Shown here: positions 1-17,341 of the stretch, piece by piece
Layout of the letters: every line of letters starts with the position of its first letter
How positions within the stretch are numbered: the first letter of the stretch is position 1
Assembly: GCA_964016885.1 (NCBI GenBank)
Contig: OZ024745.1
Coordinates: forward strand, 85,870,001-85,934,000
Direction: 5' to 3'
Source: Eledone cirrhosa
Taxonomy: Eukaryota
DNA: 64,000 bases
Translations under genes and position numbers: made by a program
The notes under the pieces: generated by a model
Told to the model about the DNA's origin: nothing
The model's database searches: none
Seen by the model: the letters and a program-made list of their open reading frames with translations, nothing else

Positions 1-1650
1 GGTGATAGAGAGAGAGACAGATTTTATAACTGAGAAAAATATATTGTTTTACAGAGAGAGGTTAAAAAACCGTTGGAAGATAATATATAAATTAAAAGAA
101 TTTGAAAATTAACGAAGAGAAAAATTTAAGAATAATGTTAAATTAAGGGTTTAATAATATGTGCGATGAAAAGAAATTGTTAATATGTATTAAGAATAAT
201 ATTAAGTTAAGGTTTGAATAATGATGGGTTTAATAATATGTGCGATGGAATGTTTTCTCTCTGCCTGCATAAATTCCACAGAACATTCCATAAAGTATAC
301 AGCTAATATCTAATACTTTACAAATTTAAAATCCTTTTTCTCAAAGGCACATATATATATATACATATATTTCTTTAAAAATATACCCATCTTCTACCTT
401 ATTTCAATGTTATTTATTATACATTATATAATACTAGTTACCCATTCTATATCATTCCTATTTATCACTTCCCTTTCTTCCTTTTTTTCCTTTTTTCTTT
501 TAATTTTTAACCTCTAATCTGTACCCTTTCTTCCTAGATACTTCTCAATTCTCATTATTACTCACCACAATATATCCACTCTTCCTTCTTCCATCCTATC
601 ACTGGCCATAAAACTTACTATTACCCTTTTAAATACTTTATAGTATCACCTTGAAAAATCCTTCGCAAACATAAACATTTTTTGTTACGTTAGATTATTC
701 ATCCTCAATTCATTAGTTTTTTCTCCCTTTCAGGCTATCTAACTTCTACATATTACACATCACAACACATAAAAACAAACTTAAACCCTAACTAATCTCC
801 TTTATTACATTATATTATTACCATTAGGAAATACTTCATAAACATACATATTTTGATGTTAAGGTCTTCTTAAACACTATCTCCTTCTTTGCTTTCTGCG
901 CTCATTTGTAAACAAACTATTTACATATATTACACATACATATTACTTTACATAAAAACATACTTAAACAATAACTAATTCCTCTAAATTCATAATTCAT
1001 CCACTCTTCTACTTCTGTTCACAATATATCCTTAATAACATTACTATTTTTATTTTAATAATACATATCAACAATTTCTTCCCATCGCACATATTATTAA
1101 ACACTTCAATATTCAAACCTTAACTTAATAATATTCTTAATACATATTAACAATTTCTTTTCATCGCACATATTATTAAACCCTTCAATATACAAACCTT
1201 AATTTAACATTATTCTTAATTGTTTCTCTGCGTTAATTTTCAATTTCTTTTAATTTATATATTATCTTCCAACAATTTTTTAACCTCTCTCTGTAAAAAA
1301 AATATATTTTTATAAGTTATAAAAGCTATCTCTCTCTCTATCACCCATCTCTCCTCCTATCTCATCCTTCCTTATTATACTCCTCCCCCCTCCATTCTTT
1401 ACACTCATCTCCTCCTTTTTTCATCCTTTCCACCCCACCCCCTCATCTTTTTCCCAATATCACACATCAATCTTAAACTACTTTTCATATGTTGACTTAA
1501 AACTGCACTATTCACAAGTGTTGTTTAACCTTCATATCATGTCTCCCTATTTTATATGACGAAAACGCAAATGTCATCATATGATGATATTTGTTTTTGA
1601 AATGCGCATAATAAAATACATGGAACTATTTTAACCATCTTTTGATCTTA
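1..1650. mobile_element. PLE family A fold-back insertion (left arm runs off the window); + arm carries the endonuclease C-terminus and 3' UTR
   Basis: 1-250 is the reverse complement of ~1080-1345. 253-306 encodes FSLCLHKFHRTFHKVYS*, matching the end of the PLE ORF at 14929. The UTR matches 13945-14930 and 16230-16910. Confidence 0.8.
1548..1618 (+). ncRNA. Hammerhead ribozyme motif, family A, degenerate core (ATGACGA)
   Basis: tattttat-ATGACGA-long stem II-GAAA-tgcgca-TA-ataaaata; homologous to the intact copy at 13977-14047. Confidence 0.55.
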
Positions 1651-1685
1651 TATATTATATATATATATATATTGTATATATATAT

Positions 1686-1836
<151 letters not shown>

Positions 1837-1959
1837 TATATACATATATATACAGAGCCCTGGTTTTCTGTTGAGCTCTGCTGATGATTGAAATTCCAAC
1901 CGTGACCATCTCCACTGAAAGTTTTCATGAAATAGTCTTTTAAGACTATACAGAGCATT

Positions 1960-2205
1960 TGATGTTATTCCAAATTGAAGGATAAGTGTTTCAAACTTTA
2001 TTTTATCATGAGTTAAAGGTCTATAGATTTTCCCTGGATTTTACTAAATTCTGTGGATGAATTTATATCCTGATTCTCTTTTGAGATGAGTTTGAGTTAT
2101 TTTTCCTAAATCTTTCGTTAACTACTTTTCCCATCTTGACGTTATAGTCGCATATATGTTATAGAATGCCGTTAGCTTCTTGCTAAAACAATCTCTATAC
2201 CTCTC

Positions 2206-2210
<5 letters not shown>
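1960..2210. repeat. Unclassified interspersed repeat
   Basis: Homologous to 30075-30320 (gaaggat..aaactttattttatcatgagtt..) and partly to 61245-61295. Confidence 0.6.
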
Positions 2211-2263
<53 letters not shown>

Positions 2264-2291
2264 CATGGAACTATTTTAACCATCATTTGAT

Positions 2292-2328
<37 letters not shown>

Positions 2329-2373
2329 CATGGAACTATTTTAACCATCTTTTGATCTTATATATATATATAT

Positions 2374-2574
2374 AGGGCGGTGGATTGGCAGTATCAGTAG
2401 AGGGTCAGACGCCATGCTTTCCAGCATAGCTACGTGCCTTTACGATCTGAGTTCAAATCCCACCGAGGTTGCCTTTGTCTTTCATCCTTACGGGTTCGAT
2501 AAAATAATGTACCGGTAATGTACTGAGTAATGCACTGGGTAATTGGTGGCCTTGTGCCTAAAGTAGAAACAATT
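2374..2574 (+). mobile_element. tRNA-derived SINE (octopus-type)
   Basis: A-box-like tggcagtatcagt, B-box gagttcaaatcc, conserved tail ...gcctaaagtagaaacaatt; multiple copies in the window. Confidence 0.85.
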
Positions 2575-3844
2575 ATATATATATATATATTATATATATA
2601 CATTATATATATATATAATATATATATATATATATTATATATATATATTATATATATATATATATATTATATATATATGTATTATATATGATATATATAT
2701 GTATTATATATATATTATATATATATCTATTATATATATATATATATTATATATATATATATTATATATATATATTATATATATATATAATACATATATA
2801 TTATATATATATATTATATATATATATTTTATATATATATATTATATATATATATATGTTATATAATATATATTATATATATATATATATTATATATATA
2901 ATATATATATATTATATATATTAATTATATATATGTATATATATATTTTATATATATATTATATATATCTATATATTATATATATATATATTATATATAT
3001 ATATATATATTATATATATGTATTATATATATATATTATATATATATATGTTATATATATATATTATATATATATATTATATATATATATTATATATATA
3101 TATTATATATATATATTATATATATATATATTATATATATATATATTATATATATATATTATATATATATTATATATGTATATTATATATATGTATTATA
3201 TATATATATTATATATACATATTATATATATATTATATATATATATATATTATATATATATTATATATTTATATTATATATATATATATAAATATATAAT
3301 ATATATATATTATATATATTATATATATATATTAAATATATATATTATATAAATATTATATATATATATTATATATAGTATATATATATTATATATATAT
3401 ATATATATTATATATATAGATATATATATATTATATATATATATATATTATATATGTATATATATTATATATTATATATATATATGTTATATATATAAGT
3501 TATATATACATATTATATATATATATATATTATATATATATATTATATATATATTTATATTTTATATATATATATTATATATATATATTATATGTATATA
3601 TATATTATATATATATATATATTATATATATATATATTATTCATATATATATATATATATTATATATATATTATATATTATATATATATATATATGTTAT
3701 ATATGTATGTGTTATATATATATATTATATATATACATATATATATCATATATATATTATATATTATATATATATATATATCATATATATATGTTTTATA
3801 TATATGATATATATATATTGTATATATATATATATTATATATTA

Positions 3845-3879
<35 letters not shown>

Positions 3880-3959
3880 TGTATATATATATATTATATA
3901 TTATATATATATATATTCTATATATATATTATATATTATATATATATATATATATTTTA

Positions 3960-4317
3960 TATGGAAAGTTATATTTAAATTGTTGGGTTACAACTAGTAA
4001 ATATTTATAACTGATATAAAAGCACTCGACAAGTATTTGGAGTATATTTACAATATTAAATAAATGGAAACTATATTTATAAAACCATATCTATTTAATT
4101 ATATATATTTCAGGGATATCATATTAACAATATGCTATGCCTTCCTCAGACAAAATACAATATAAACAGTTTTATAGATAAATAGATTCGACAAAACTCT
4201 TTATATTGTATATTGTCTGAGGAAGGCATAGCATATTGTTAATATGATATCCCTGAAATATATATAATGAAATAGATATGGTTTTATAAATATAGTTTTC
4301 ATTTATTTAATATTGTA
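3960..4317. mobile_element. Small fold-back of family B 3' end with an HHR motif in each arm
   Basis: ~4047-4166 is the inverse of ~4200-4317. CTGAGGA-stem II-GAAA at ~4217-4258 (+), mirrored on -. Same family at 52000-52215 (+) and 56820-56970 (-). Confidence 0.7.
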
Positions 4318-4319
4318 TA

Positions 4320-4351
<32 letters not shown>

Positions 4352-4864
4352 TTTATATTGTATATATTTTATATATATATGTTACATATGTATATGTTTA
4401 TTATATATATATATTTTATATATGTATATGTTTATTATATATATATATATATATTATATATATATATATATATATGTATTATATATATATATATGATATA
4501 TATATGTATTATATATATATATATTATATATATATCTATTATATATATATATTATATATATATATATTAAATATATATATTATATATATATATAATATAT
4601 ATATATATTATATATATATATATTTTATATATATATTATATATATATGTTTTATATATATTTTTATATATATATATTATATATATATATATTATATATGT
4701 ATATGATATATATATATATATTATATATATAATATATATATATATTATATATATTAATTATATTATATTATATATATATATTATATATATATATTATGTA
4801 TATATATTATATATATATATGATATATATATTATATATATATATTATATATATATTATATATAT

Positions 4865-4896
<32 letters not shown>

Positions 4897-5516
4897 ATTA
4901 TATATATATTATATATATATATTATATATATATATTATATATATATATTTTATATATATATATATTATATATATATATATTAAATATATATATTATATAT
5001 ATATTATATATATATATATTATATATAGTATATATATATTATATATATATATTATATATATAGATATATATATATTATATATATATATATATATATTATA
5101 TATGTATATATATTATATATTATATATATGTTATATATATAAGTTATATATACATATTATATATATATATATTATATATATATATTATATATATATATAT
5201 TATATATATATTATATATATAAATTATATGTATATATATATTATATATATATATATTATATATATATTATATATTATATATATATATGTTATATATGTAT
5301 GTGTTATATATATTATATATATACATATATATATCATATATATATTATATATATATATATATGTTATATATATATATGTTATATATATATTATATATATA
5401 TATATTGTATATATATATATATTATATATTATATATATATATATACGTATATATATATATATTGTATATATATATATTGTATATATATATATTGTATATA
5501 TATATATATATATATT

Positions 5517-8500
5517 ATGTCCTGGGTATGACATTAAACTACATCCAGTGGCAAGGCTCCAGTTCGGGAGTTCAGGAGATGTGGGGAATGTGGAGTTACC
5601 CCTTAGTTGTCATGACTCCCAGGTCTGCCCTGGCCCGGGGTGGTAGTACCTGTTAGGGCTCCATTTATGGGTTAAATAACTACCTTATTCGAGTGGCGCC
5701 GGTAAGGTATTGTCAGCCATTGAAAAGAAATATGGAGAGTCGATCTAACAGCACTAGGGTTAGAGCCCCTAATTACACTGTCAAGGAGCAGCCTGGTGGT
5801 TATGACTCTGCTGGCTTAGAGTCACAGAGAGGGCCAGTGGATGATGGATCAGCTGTCTCTGAGACAAATATAAAGAATGCAGTTTTGTCCTGCAGAAGAG
5901 CCATCAAAATGGGCACTTTGAATGTGAGGACTATTCGAACGCTGGAGAAGAGAGAGGAGTTGGGACATCTGTTCGAGGAGAGTGGTATACAGATACTTGC
6001 GATCCAAGAACACAGGATTCTACACGATGAGCACGTGAGGAGTGTTATGATCGGGAGGAAGAGCCAGCTCATCACTACATCGGCAGTGAAGAACACAACA
6101 AATGCTGCAGTAGGAGGAGTGGGTTTTGTGTTCAGTGCAAAAACCAATCTGTTGGTGAGGGAAATAATGCCTATCTCCCCGCGAGTGTTGAGGGTGACCT
6201 TCAATGGAAACCCAAGACTGACTGTCATCTCAGCCTATAGTCCAACCGAGGGGGACAGTGATGTGAATGCCGAGGAGTTCCATGAGGGGGTGTGTAGAGC
6301 TGTCAACACCACTCAGGCACACAATATCCTGCTTGTTTTGGGGGACTTCAATGCACATCTGAGTAAGGAGGGCAGTGAAGATCCTTGCTGGTACTTCCAT
6401 AACAACACCAACCGAAATGGAAGACTACTGAGAGACACCCTGCTGGAGGCGAACTTGATGGCGACCAACCTAAGGTTTAGGAAGAATCTGGGGAAGATGT
6501 GGACCTACATCTCAGATATGCACCTGTCCAAGTCCCAGATTGATTTCATTCTGGTGAGGAAAAAGTGGCGGAATAGTGTTCTGAACACGGAACCATACAG
6601 CTATTTCAGTACACTGGGTAGTGACCACCGGCTTGTTATGAGTGAGGTCCGCGTGAGCTTAAGAAAGAGCAAGGCTCAGCCCCGGAGAACAATCTATGAC
6701 TGGGGAGCTTTCAAGGAAGATGATAAGCTACAGGAGAGGTTCACAGTGGAAGTGAGAAACAGGTTTAGTGCTCTGTGTGGAGAGTCAGAGGAAAGAGAGA
6801 TTGGATGGACTGAGGAGAGTGTGACGAGGAGGTACGGGCACTTCACCAATGCAGTGGCGAAAGCAAGTGAAACCCTAGTGCCGAGGAAAAAGAACAAAGG
6901 GAAGCACGTCAGCTCTGCAAACCCAAAAGTGTGTGCAGCCAGAGAACACCTGAAAGCTGCCAGGGACCAATTCTATGCTGATCCTACGGAGGAGAGGATG
7001 GAGACTGTGGGGGTGATGAGGGAAGAGCTCTGTACCGCTTACACTGAGGTCAGAGAGGAGGCACTGATAGAGAAGATCAGAAGTGTGGAGAGAACGGTTG
7101 ACAGATCTGGATGATCATCAACGAGATCACAGGGAGGAAGAAAAGGTGTTCGAGTCAGATCCAGGGAACGGGGCCCGAGGATAGGAAGAGGAAATGGCTA
7201 GACCATTTTAGGACCCTACTAGGAGAGCCACCCTCCACAGCCCAGAGCACTGGGGAGATCAGGCGGCTGTTTGGGGAACTGGATGTTGAGACAGAGCCCT
7301 TCACCAGAGAGGAGCTTCAGAGAGCCAAGAAGAAGATCAAGGAGGGCAAGGCTCATGGAGAAGATGGAGTGGCATCAGAGGTGATGAAGAGGTGTGATTT
7401 TGATGATATCATCCTGGGGTTCTGTAACGGGGCACTGGAGAAAGGAGTTGCCCCGAATCAGTGGAGGATCAGTAACATCGTCCCAGTGCCAAAGAAGGGA
7501 GATCTCTCTAACACCAACAACTACCGGGGGATCTCACTGACGTCACTTGTGGCAAAGATCCTCAACAGGATGATTCTTAACAGGATCCAGCCTGAGATGG
7601 AAAAGAAGCTCAGGGACAACCAGAACGGCTTCAGAGAGGGTAGATCAACCACCAGTCACATCCTGATGCTGAGGAGGATATTAGAGGGAGCTAGAGCAAA
7701 GTGCCTTCCTGCGGTCATGGTTTTCATTGACTTTAGGAAGGCCTTTGATTCTGTGGACCGTTACTGCCTGATGAAGATCTTACAGGCTTATGGAATCCCC
7801 AAGAGGATAGTGGACCTGATATCACTGCTCTACACCAACACCAAAGCCCAAGTCATTACACCTGATGGGATGAAAGAGTTCTTTGAGATACTGGCTGGAG
7901 TGCTCCAGGGAGATACATTGGCTCCCTACCTTTTTATCATCGTAGTGGACTATTGTATGCGCCTTGCACTGGAGAAACACCAGGAATCTGGCTTTACTGT
8001 AGCACCGGCTCAGAGCAGGAGAGATGGGGCGAAAAAGGTATCGGATGCTGAATTTGCCGACGACATAGTTTTGGTGACAAATACAGTGAGGGAGGCAGAG
8101 GATTTGATGCGGGAGGTTGAGACTGTGTCGATGAGTGTGGGGCTGAGAATGAATGAGACTAAAACAAAATATCTGGTAGAGAATGTTGAGAAGCCAGAGG
8201 GGATCACTAATGTAGGCGGGAAGCCGCTGGAATTGGTTGAGGACTTCCTGTATTTGGGAGCAAAGATTGGGAATACGGAAGATGATGTGGTTGAGAGGAA
8301 GAGCAAGGCCTTGGCGGCGTGTCACAGCTTGGGATCGGTGTGGAAGTCGGACCTTCGTAGAGACCTGAAGGTCCGCCTCTTCATTGCTGTAGTGGAGTCT
8401 GTGCTGCTGTGTGGGTCTGAGACTTGGACACTGACCAAGAGACTCACTCAGATGGTGGATGGGTGCTACACGAGAATGCTGAGGATGGCTCTGAACATTA

Positions 8501-8815
8501 ATCAGTATACACTGAGGATGAAAAACTCAGAGCTGTATGGGAGCATCCAAAAAGTCAGCTCAAAAGTGACACAGAGAAGACTGAGGTTGGCTGGACATGC
8601 TCACCGACATCCAGAGTTGACATTGCACTCAGTGCTCCTTTGGGAGCCCCAACATGAACACACTAGAAGAGGAAGACAAGGTTAACATATGTTGATGCCC
8701 TAAGGACAGACACTGGTCAGTTGGAGATGCAGGATATGGCAGCGATAATAAGGGACAGAGACCGCTGGAGAGAACTCGTCCATGGATCTCGGGAATTTTA
8801 CCCGCCTTAGATAGA
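5517..8815 (+). mobile_element. RTE-clade non-LTR retrotransposon, near full length, disrupted
   Basis: Single-ORF layout: APE endonuclease (GTLNVRT, IQEHR, GDFNAH, SDH) then RT (QNGFR, DFRKAFDS, GVLQGD, FADD), RTE-like C-terminus (RLRLAGH), and a (taga)n-type end. Confidence 0.9.
5732..8809 (+). pseudogene. RTE APE-RT polyprotein, frame broken near 7110 and ~8680
   Basis: ORFs 5693-7114 and 7111-8685 are in different frames; remaining C-terminal codons continue in another frame to ~8809. Confidence 0.85.
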
Positions 8816-8994
8816 TATATATATTATATATTATATATATATATATATTGTATATATATATTATATATTATATATATATATATATATATTTTATATTGTA
8901 TATATTTTATATATATATGTTACATATGTATATGTTTATTATATATATATATATTTTATATATGTATATGTTTATTATATATATATATATATAT

Positions 8995-10642
<1,648 letters not shown>

Positions 10643-10646
10643 ACAC

Positions 10647-10683
<37 letters not shown>

Positions 10684-11580
10684 TATATATATATATGATA
10701 TATATATGTATTATATATATATATATTATATATATATCTATTATATATATATATTATATATATATATATATTATATATATATATTATATATATATATAAT
10801 ATATATATATATTATATATATATATATTTTATATATATATTATATATATATGTTATATATATATTTATTATATATATATATTATATATATATATATTATA
10901 TATGTATATTATATATATATATATATATTATATATTTAATATATATATATTATATATATTAATTACATTATATTATATATATATATTATATATGTATATA
11001 TTATGTATATATATTATATATATATATCATATATATATTATATATATATATTATATATATATTATATATATTATATATATATATATATATATATTACATA
11101 TATATATTATATATATATTATATATGTATATATATTATATATATATATTATATATATATATTTCATATATATATATTATATATATATATATTAAATATAT
11201 ATATTATATATATATTATATATATATATATTATATATAGTATATATATATTATATATATATATTATATATATAGATATATATATATAATATATATATATA
11301 TATTATATATGTATATATATTATATATTATATATATGTTATATATATAAGTTATATATACATATTATATATATATATATTATATATATATATTATATATA
11401 TATTATATATATATTATATATATATGTTATATATGTATGTGTTATATATATATATATATTATATATATACATATATATATCATATATATATTATATATTA
11501 TATATATATATATGTTATATATATATGTTATATATATATTATATATATATATATTGTATATATATATATATTATATATTA

Positions 11581-11619
<39 letters not shown>

Positions 11620-11660
11620 TGTATATATATATATTATATATTATATATATATATTGTATA

Positions 11661-11709
<49 letters not shown>

Positions 11710-11903
11710 TATATTATATATATAATATATATATATATATATTATATATTGTATATATTTTATATATATATGTTACATATGTATATGTTTATTATATATA
11801 TATATATTTTATATATGTATATGTTTATTATATATATATATATATTATATATATATGTTTATTATATATATATATATATGTTATATATATATGTTATATA
11901 TGT

Positions 11904-11936
<33 letters not shown>

Positions 11937-12053
11937 TATATATATATGTTTATTATATATATATATATATATATGTTATATATGTTGTATATATATATAT
12001 ATATATTATATATATATATTATATATGTATATATATATATATTATATATGACA

Positions 12054-12240
12054 TAGGGCGGTGGATTGGCAGTATCAGTAGAGGGCCAGACGCCATGCTT
12101 TGCAGCATAGTTACGTCCCTTTACGATCTGAGTTCAAATCCCGCCGAGGTTGACTTTGCCTTTCATCCTTACGGGGTCGATAAAGTAAAGTACCAGTAAT
12201 GCACAGGGTAATTGCTGGCCTTGTGCCTAAAGTAGAAACA
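12054..12240 (+). mobile_element. tRNA-derived SINE
   Basis: Same family as 2374-2574. Confidence 0.85.
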
Positions 12241-13318
12241 TAAAGTAAATTCTTCAGTTGTTCGGACAAAACTTAGTTAAAGGGGCCAAAGTGGTACAGT
12301 GTCACAGACAAGTTATTGGGGCTATTATAGTAGCAGGTTATTTCTAAAGGGGTTCAGAAAACAGTGTTTAGTACTATTATTATAGAAAGCCATATCCTGT
12401 GTATAAACATATAAAACAGAAATTTGCAAACGGTGGTGTAAAAAGGTAACATTATATGCATTTAAAAAAAGAAAAAATCGTTTTCAAACGATGGTTACAG
12501 TATAGAGAACGTTCAATTTTGCTGTTCAAAAGTTTGTTTACCGACGTTATATATATATATATGTTATATATGTATGTGTTATATATATATATATATTATA
12601 TATATATATTATATATATATTATATATATATATATATATTATATATATATATTATATATATATATATTATATATATATTATAATATATATATTAAATATA
12701 TATATTATATATATATTATATATATATATATTATATATAGTATATATATATTATATATATATATTATATATATAGATATACATATATATTATATATATAT
12801 ATTATATATGTATATATATTATATATTATATATATATATGTTATATATATATGTTATATATATAAGTTATATATACATATTATATATATATATAATATAT
12901 ATATATATTATATATATATATTATATATATATATTATATATATATATTATATATATATATTATATGTATATATATATTATATATATATATATTATATATA
13001 TATATATTATTCATATATATATATATATATTATATATATATCATATATTATATATATATATAATATGTTATATATGTATATGTTATATATATATATTATA
13101 TATATACATATATATATCATATATATATTATATATTATATATATATATATATATATATGTCATATATATATGTTATATATATATTATATATATATATATT
13201 GTATATATATATATATTATATATGTATATACATATATATATATATATCTATATTGTATATATATATTATATATTATATATATATATTGTATATATATATT
13301 ATATATTATATATATATA

Positions 13319-13359
<41 letters not shown>

Positions 13360-13447
13360 TTTATATATTTTATATATATATATATATATTATATATATAT
13401 GTATATTATATATATATATATATGTTATATATATATGTTATATATGT

Positions 13448-13489
<42 letters not shown>

Positions 13490-13493
13490 TATA

Positions 13494-13681
13494 TAGGGCG
13501 GTGGATTGGCAGTATCAGTAGAGGGTCAGACGCCATGCTTTCCAGCATTGTTACGACCCTTTACGATCTGAGTTCAAATCCCGCCGAGGTTGACTTTGCC
13601 TTTCATCCTTACGGGGTCGATAAAGTAAAGTACCAGTAATGCACTGGGTAATTGCTGGCCTTGTGCCTAAAGTAGAAACAA
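13494..13681 (+). mobile_element. tRNA-derived SINE
   Basis: Same family as 2374-2574. Confidence 0.85.
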
Positions 13682-13762
13682 TATTATATATATTATATAT
13701 ATATATATATTGTATATATAAATATTATATATTATATATATATATATGTTATATATATATGT

Positions 13763-13795
<33 letters not shown>

Positions 13796-13976
13796 GTATA
13801 TATGTATATATATATATATATGTATTATATATATATATTATATATATATATCTATTATATATATATATATTATATATATATATGTATTATATATATATAT
13901 TATATATATATCTATTATATATGTATATATATATATTATATATATAAGAACAAAAGATGGTTAAAAGGGTTCCATG

Positions 13977-14047
13977 TATTTTATTATGCGCATTTCAAAA
14001 CCAAATATCATCATGCAATAATATTTGTGCTTTCATCAGATAAAATA
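13977..14047 (-). ncRNA. Type I hammerhead ribozyme, family A, intact core
   Basis: tattttat/ataaaata 8-bp stem I, CTGATGA, long stem II, GAAA, palindromic tgcgca, cleavage triplet ATA. The mirror copy at ~16808-16878 has CAAA. Confidence 0.8.
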
Positions 14048-14928
14048 GGAAGATATGATATGAAGGTTATAAAACACTTGTGTATAGTTCAGTTTTAAAT
14101 CAACATATGAAAAGTAGTTTTAGATTGATGTGTGATATTGGGGAAAATATTTTTTTCGAGGGTGGGGATTGGAAAGGATGAAAAAGAGGAGGATATGAGA
14201 GTAAAAAGTGGAGAGGGAGGAGTATAATGAGGAAGGATGAGATAGGAGGAGAGATGGGTGATAGAGAGAGAGAGATAGCTTTTATAACTGAGAAAAATAT
14301 ATTGTTTTACGTAGAGAGGTTGAAAACCGTTGGAAGATAATGTATAAATTAAAAAATTTGAAAATTAACGAAGAGAAAAATAATGTAAAGTTAAGGTTTG
14401 TATATTGAAGGGTTTAATAATATGTGCGATGAAAAGAAATTGTTAATATGTATTAAGAATAATATTTAAGGGTTTAATAATATGTGCGATGGAAAGAAAA
14501 TGTTGACATGTATTATTAAAAAAGAACAACAAGTAATGTAAGAATATATTGTGAGATGAGCATGAGTAAGTTAAATGAAAGGGAGAAAAAAATAATGAAT
14601 TGAGGATGAATAATCTAACGTCAAAAAATGTTTATGCTTACGAAGGATTTTTACAAGGTGATATAAAGTAAGAATATAGTGTATGTGTAATAATTGATTC
14701 TATGTTAGGCACAGTGAGAAAAGGTACAGATTAGGGGTTAGACATTAAAAGAAAAAGAGAAGAAAGGGAAGTGATAAATAGGAGTGATATAGAATGAGAA
14801 ACAAGTATTATATAATGTATAATAAATAACTTTGAAATAAGATAGAAAGATGGGTATATTTTTAAAGAAGTATATATATATATATGTGCCTTTGAGAAAA
14901 AGATTCTAAATTGATAAAGTTTAGGATA

Positions 14929-16225
14929 TTAGTTGTATACTTTGTGGAATGTTTTGTGGAATTTATGCAAGCAGATAGAAAACAAGTCAGTGCGTCTATT
15001 TATTATAGAATCTAAATTAGATATAATGGTAAATTTTTTATTTAGACAGAGATTGCAAATCTTGGATAGAGAACTGTTCAAGTATAGAGACGCAGAAGAA
15101 ACCTTTTTCCAAAAGATGCTATATTTAATATTTTTGTCTTTCAAGGACCATATGAGTTCTGAGAGAGCCTTGTTGGTTCTTTTAAGTTTGTATTTAAAAG
15201 ACGAATGATGGTTATAAAGACGAACTTTAAAGGAGGTGGAAGTGGAGCCAAAATAGGTGAAGGAATTGGTGTCAGTTATAACTTTACATTCGTAAATTAA
15301 GTTTTTATCAAGACAATAGTTGTTGAGAGGACATTTATTTTTAACAGGGCAATTTCAATTGCGATTAGAGAGATTATTAACGAGTGACCTAGTGTTATCT
15401 ATAGAAGGAATTGGATTGGAGAAGTTATTTGCGATAGGAATAATAGTTTCTTGATTTAGAATGGGATTAAGAACATTTAGCGAAGTTCTGTTTGACGTTG
15501 TATTTGGGTTTTCAGAAATTAGCCTAGGGTTTACAATGACGTCGGGAGTACTATTACTATTATTATGATATTCAGTGTTGGAAGGAAGAGATTTAGTATT
15601 TAGTATTTTATTGTTGTGTTTAGAGATTATGTTGGAAATGGTGGAGGATGTCGAATAGGAAAATTTTATAGTGTGTTTGTTAAATATTTTACTATAGATA
15701 TGTGAGGGAGGGAAGCATTTATTTAAGGCATTAAAGAATAATTTAGGAATATTATTATTAATAGAGATGGAGAAAGGAGCATTATACCAGATTATGTTTT
15801 TGTATCTAGGTCTTTTATTAAAGTTATTGGAATGATCATGATTAATTATTCTACTGTAAGATCTTCTAGAATTTGTTTCTTTACTATATTTGATTTTATC
15901 AGGATAGCCGGCTTTAGAAAGCGCGTTATTATAGTAATTGGCGTTAGCATCAAAGATGTTTTTATTAGAAGATAGGTTAGATATTCTTTTTCCAATATTA
16001 CTAACTATAGCATTCTTATATATGAGTAGGATGGTTAGATTTAAAATTAACATAATTTAGGTTCTCATTGTTTTTATGGTAAGGGTAATATAGGCCAGTG
16101 TCAAGATTAAGAGATACATCCAAGAAATTAGCTAGTTTGATGCTGTTATCAAATTGGATTTTTAGGTTATGTTGGTTAAAGAGATTACGTATATTGTTCT
16201 TAATAATATTAAGGTTAACTATTTT
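14929..16225 (-). pseudogene. PLE RT thumb plus GIY-YIG endonuclease fragment
   Basis: KRISNLSSN...IIWYNAPFS...KFSYS thumb/linker, then N*NCPVKNKCPLNNYCL..LIYEC..YFGST..CNLC..CLHK. Confidence 0.85.
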
Positions 16226-17100
16226 GCAATTTAATCAATTCATTATTTTTTCTCCCTTTCATCTAACTTACTCATGCTCATCTCACAATATATCCTTACT
16301 TACATTTTCTTTCCATCGCACATATTATTTAACCCTTAAATATTATTCTTAATACATATTAACTTTTTCTTTCCATCGCACATATTATTAAACCCTTAAA
16401 TATTATTCTTAATACATATTAACAATTTCTTTTCATCGCACATATTATTAAACCCTTCAATATACAAACCTAAACTTTACATTATTTTTCCCTTCGTTAA
16501 TTTTCAAATTCTTTTAATTTATACATTATCTTCCAACGGTTGTCAACCTCTCTATGTAAATCAATATATTTTTCTCAGTTATAAAAGCTATCTCTCTCTC
16601 TCTATCACCCATCTCTCCTCCTATCTCATCCTTCCTCATTATACTCCTCCCTCTCCACTTTTTACTCTCATCTCCTCCCCTTTTTCATCCCCCCACTCAA
16701 AAAAATATTTTCCCCAATATCACACATCAATCTAAAACTACTTTTCATATGTTGATTTAAAACTGCACTATCCACAAGTGTTTTTTAACCTTCATATCAT
16801 ATCTTCCTATGTTATCTGATGAAAACACAAATATTATTGCATGATAATATTTGTTTTTCAAATGCGCAAAATAAAATACATGGAACTCTTTTAACCATCT
16901 TTGTTCTTATATATTATGTATACTCCTGTCCTACAAACTGTAGAGTGCTTCTTATCCGATATCTGCATGGCTTTATTGTACTACAATAAAACTCACCTCC
17001 TACATATATATATTATATATATATATATTATATATATATTATATATATATATAATATATATATATATATATAATATTGTATATATATATATATATATATA

Positions 17101-17181
<81 letters not shown>

Positions 17182-17294
17182 AATATATATATATATAGAA
17201 TTGTCTCTACTTTAGGCACAAGTCCAGCAATTATATATATTATATATATATATATTAATATATATATTATATATATATATATATTTTATATATA

Positions 17295-17341
<47 letters not shown>

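Larger units (their letters stand above)
13945..16910. mobile_element. PLE family A fold-back insertion: - arm (RT thumb, GIY-YIG, 3' UTR) joined to a + 3' UTR arm
   Basis: 13945-14600 is the inverse of ~16235-16910; both ends terminate in ...aaccatctt(t)tgttcttat facing outward. Confidence 0.88.

Noticed and set aside
5800-8325. Antisense ORFs within the RTE (and similar ones in the L1 and PLEs)
   Set aside because: Shadow frames of retroelement coding sequence
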